Assembly: GCA_017645955.1 (NCBI GenBank)
Contig: JAGCNM010000037.1
Span: 1-61,782, forward strand
Length of the DNA: 61,782 nt
Reading direction: 5' to 3'
Source of the DNA: Candidatus Saccharimonadota bacterium
Lineage (GTDB): Bacteria > Patescibacteriota > Saccharimonadia > Saccharimonadales > Saccharimonadaceae
Within the stretch, counting starts at the first letter, position 1. Each line of letters opens with the position of its first letter. The notes below the pieces were generated by a model. It was not told the DNA's origin. It searched no databases and saw only the letters and a program-made list of their open reading frames with translations. Positions 60,945 to 61,782 of the stretch are shown one piece after another. A program made the position numbers and the translations under genes.

Positions 60945-61592
60945 ATGGTAACAAAGCAAAAATCTTTTAAAAAACTTTACCGTGACTATCTTGATAGCAA
61001 AATCAAATTAAAAAAGTACCAGCTCGTCGGTATTTTTCTCTTAATCTGGGTTGTAGCCGGAATTGTCGGCTGGGTTTATGAGTTCATCGTCGGCTTTACC
61101 GAACCCGGAGGCCCTTACATGCAAGGCGGGAACCTTCTCCCTTGGATCAACATCTACGCCGTCGGCGCGGTTTTAATCGTCCCTGCGGTTTATAAAGTGA
61201 AAAAGTATCCTTGGGCAGTTTTTCTAATTTCTGTCCTCGTTACTGGGGTTGTCGAACTTATCGGCGGTTGGCTCGTCTATACCATCGGCAACGGCGAAAG
61301 ATATTGGAATTACGACCACGGTCTTTGGGCTATCGGCAGCATTAATGGGTTCGTCTGCCCGTTGAGTGTTCTCTTCTTCGGCATCGGCGCGCTTGGGTTA
61401 ATCTATTTCTTCTTACCTTACTTTATTTATCTTGCTTTAAACATGTCAAAACGCGCTTTTCTTATTCTCGCCATCTCATTATTCGTCATCTTTACTGCCG
61501 ACGGAGTTATTAATCTAACCTTGAAAAACACTGGCCAACCAACCGCGATGGATTTTTACCGTTCCCTCGGCCTAAAATACCAAGAATTGTAA
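60945..61592 (+). CDS. putative ABC-transporter permease-like membrane protein (CmpB-type)
   Basis: GWVYE, P...IY..G, VELIGG, WNY, NG..C. Confidence 0.75.
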   Translation: MVTKQKSFKKLYRDYLDSKIKLKKYQLVGIFLLIWVVAGIVGWVYEFIVGFTEPGGPYMQGGNLLPWINIYAVGAVLIVPAVYKVKKYPWAVFLISVLVTGVVELIGGWLVYTIGNGERYWNYDHGLWAIGSINGFVCPLSVLFFGIGALGLIYFFLPYFIYLALNMSKRAFLILAISLFVIFTADGVINLTLKNTGQPTAMDFYRSLGLKYQEL

Positions 61593-61626
61593 AAAATCTA
61601 ATTTCGTGATATAATTATTCGTACCT

Positions 61627-61703
61627 GGTCCGGTAGCTCAGCTGGTTAGAGCACGAGCCTCTTAAGCTTGGTGTCGTGGGTTCGAGTCCCACCCGGATCA
61701 CCA
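61627..61703 (+). tRNA. tRNA-Lys(CUU)
   Basis: Acceptor GGTCCGG/CCGGATC, arm CGAGC-CTCTTAA-GCTTG, encoded CCA. Confidence 0.94.
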
Positions 61704-61782
61704 AATGAAGAAAGATTGAACACACCGTAAAAAGGTGTTTTTATTATTCTGTGCTAAGTTTTATAAGAATACTTCCTTCGCC

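Overview
This window looks like a chromosomal segment of a small-genome bacterium. The gene set suggests Candidatus Saccharibacteria/Patescibacteria (inference: type IV pilus genes, ComEC, membrane-anchored Clp ATPase, class I aldolase, lamin-tail surface protein, FISUMP-like adhesins). It uses the standard code 11, the + strand is C-rich and most genes lie on the - strand. It holds about 50 CDSs (tpiA, aldolase fusion, rplY, grpE/hrcA, dnaK, aspS, ruvB, glmM, glmS, pilus, competence and surface-polysaccharide genes), 9 tRNA genes and 3 CIRCE operators. Two signals stand out. (1) Two paralogous surface-protein genes 14 kb apart end in the same 193-bp GC-rich block. All 24 non-synonymous codon differences in that block keep the third base, which is the footprint of diversity-generating-retroelement (DGR) adenine mutagenesis. 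No RT or template repeat lies in the window, so these would be dispersed targets diversified in trans. (2) Long branched palindromes with unrelated arm sequences occur at three sites. Two sit in-frame inside protein-coding genes (aspS and an O-antigen ligase-family gene) and share AAGCGAGT on the same DNA strand, as does a candidate structured ncRNA. Other notable items: tRNA-Ile(UAU), tRNA-Arg(UCG), pervasive leaderless promoters, an NlpC/P60-like dockerin protein in a tRNA-flanked island, a pseudo-PfkB/aldolase fusion, a Cys-less disulfide-reductase homolog and a pta-glmM-GNAT operon. All calls come from manual motif reading; no database searches were run.
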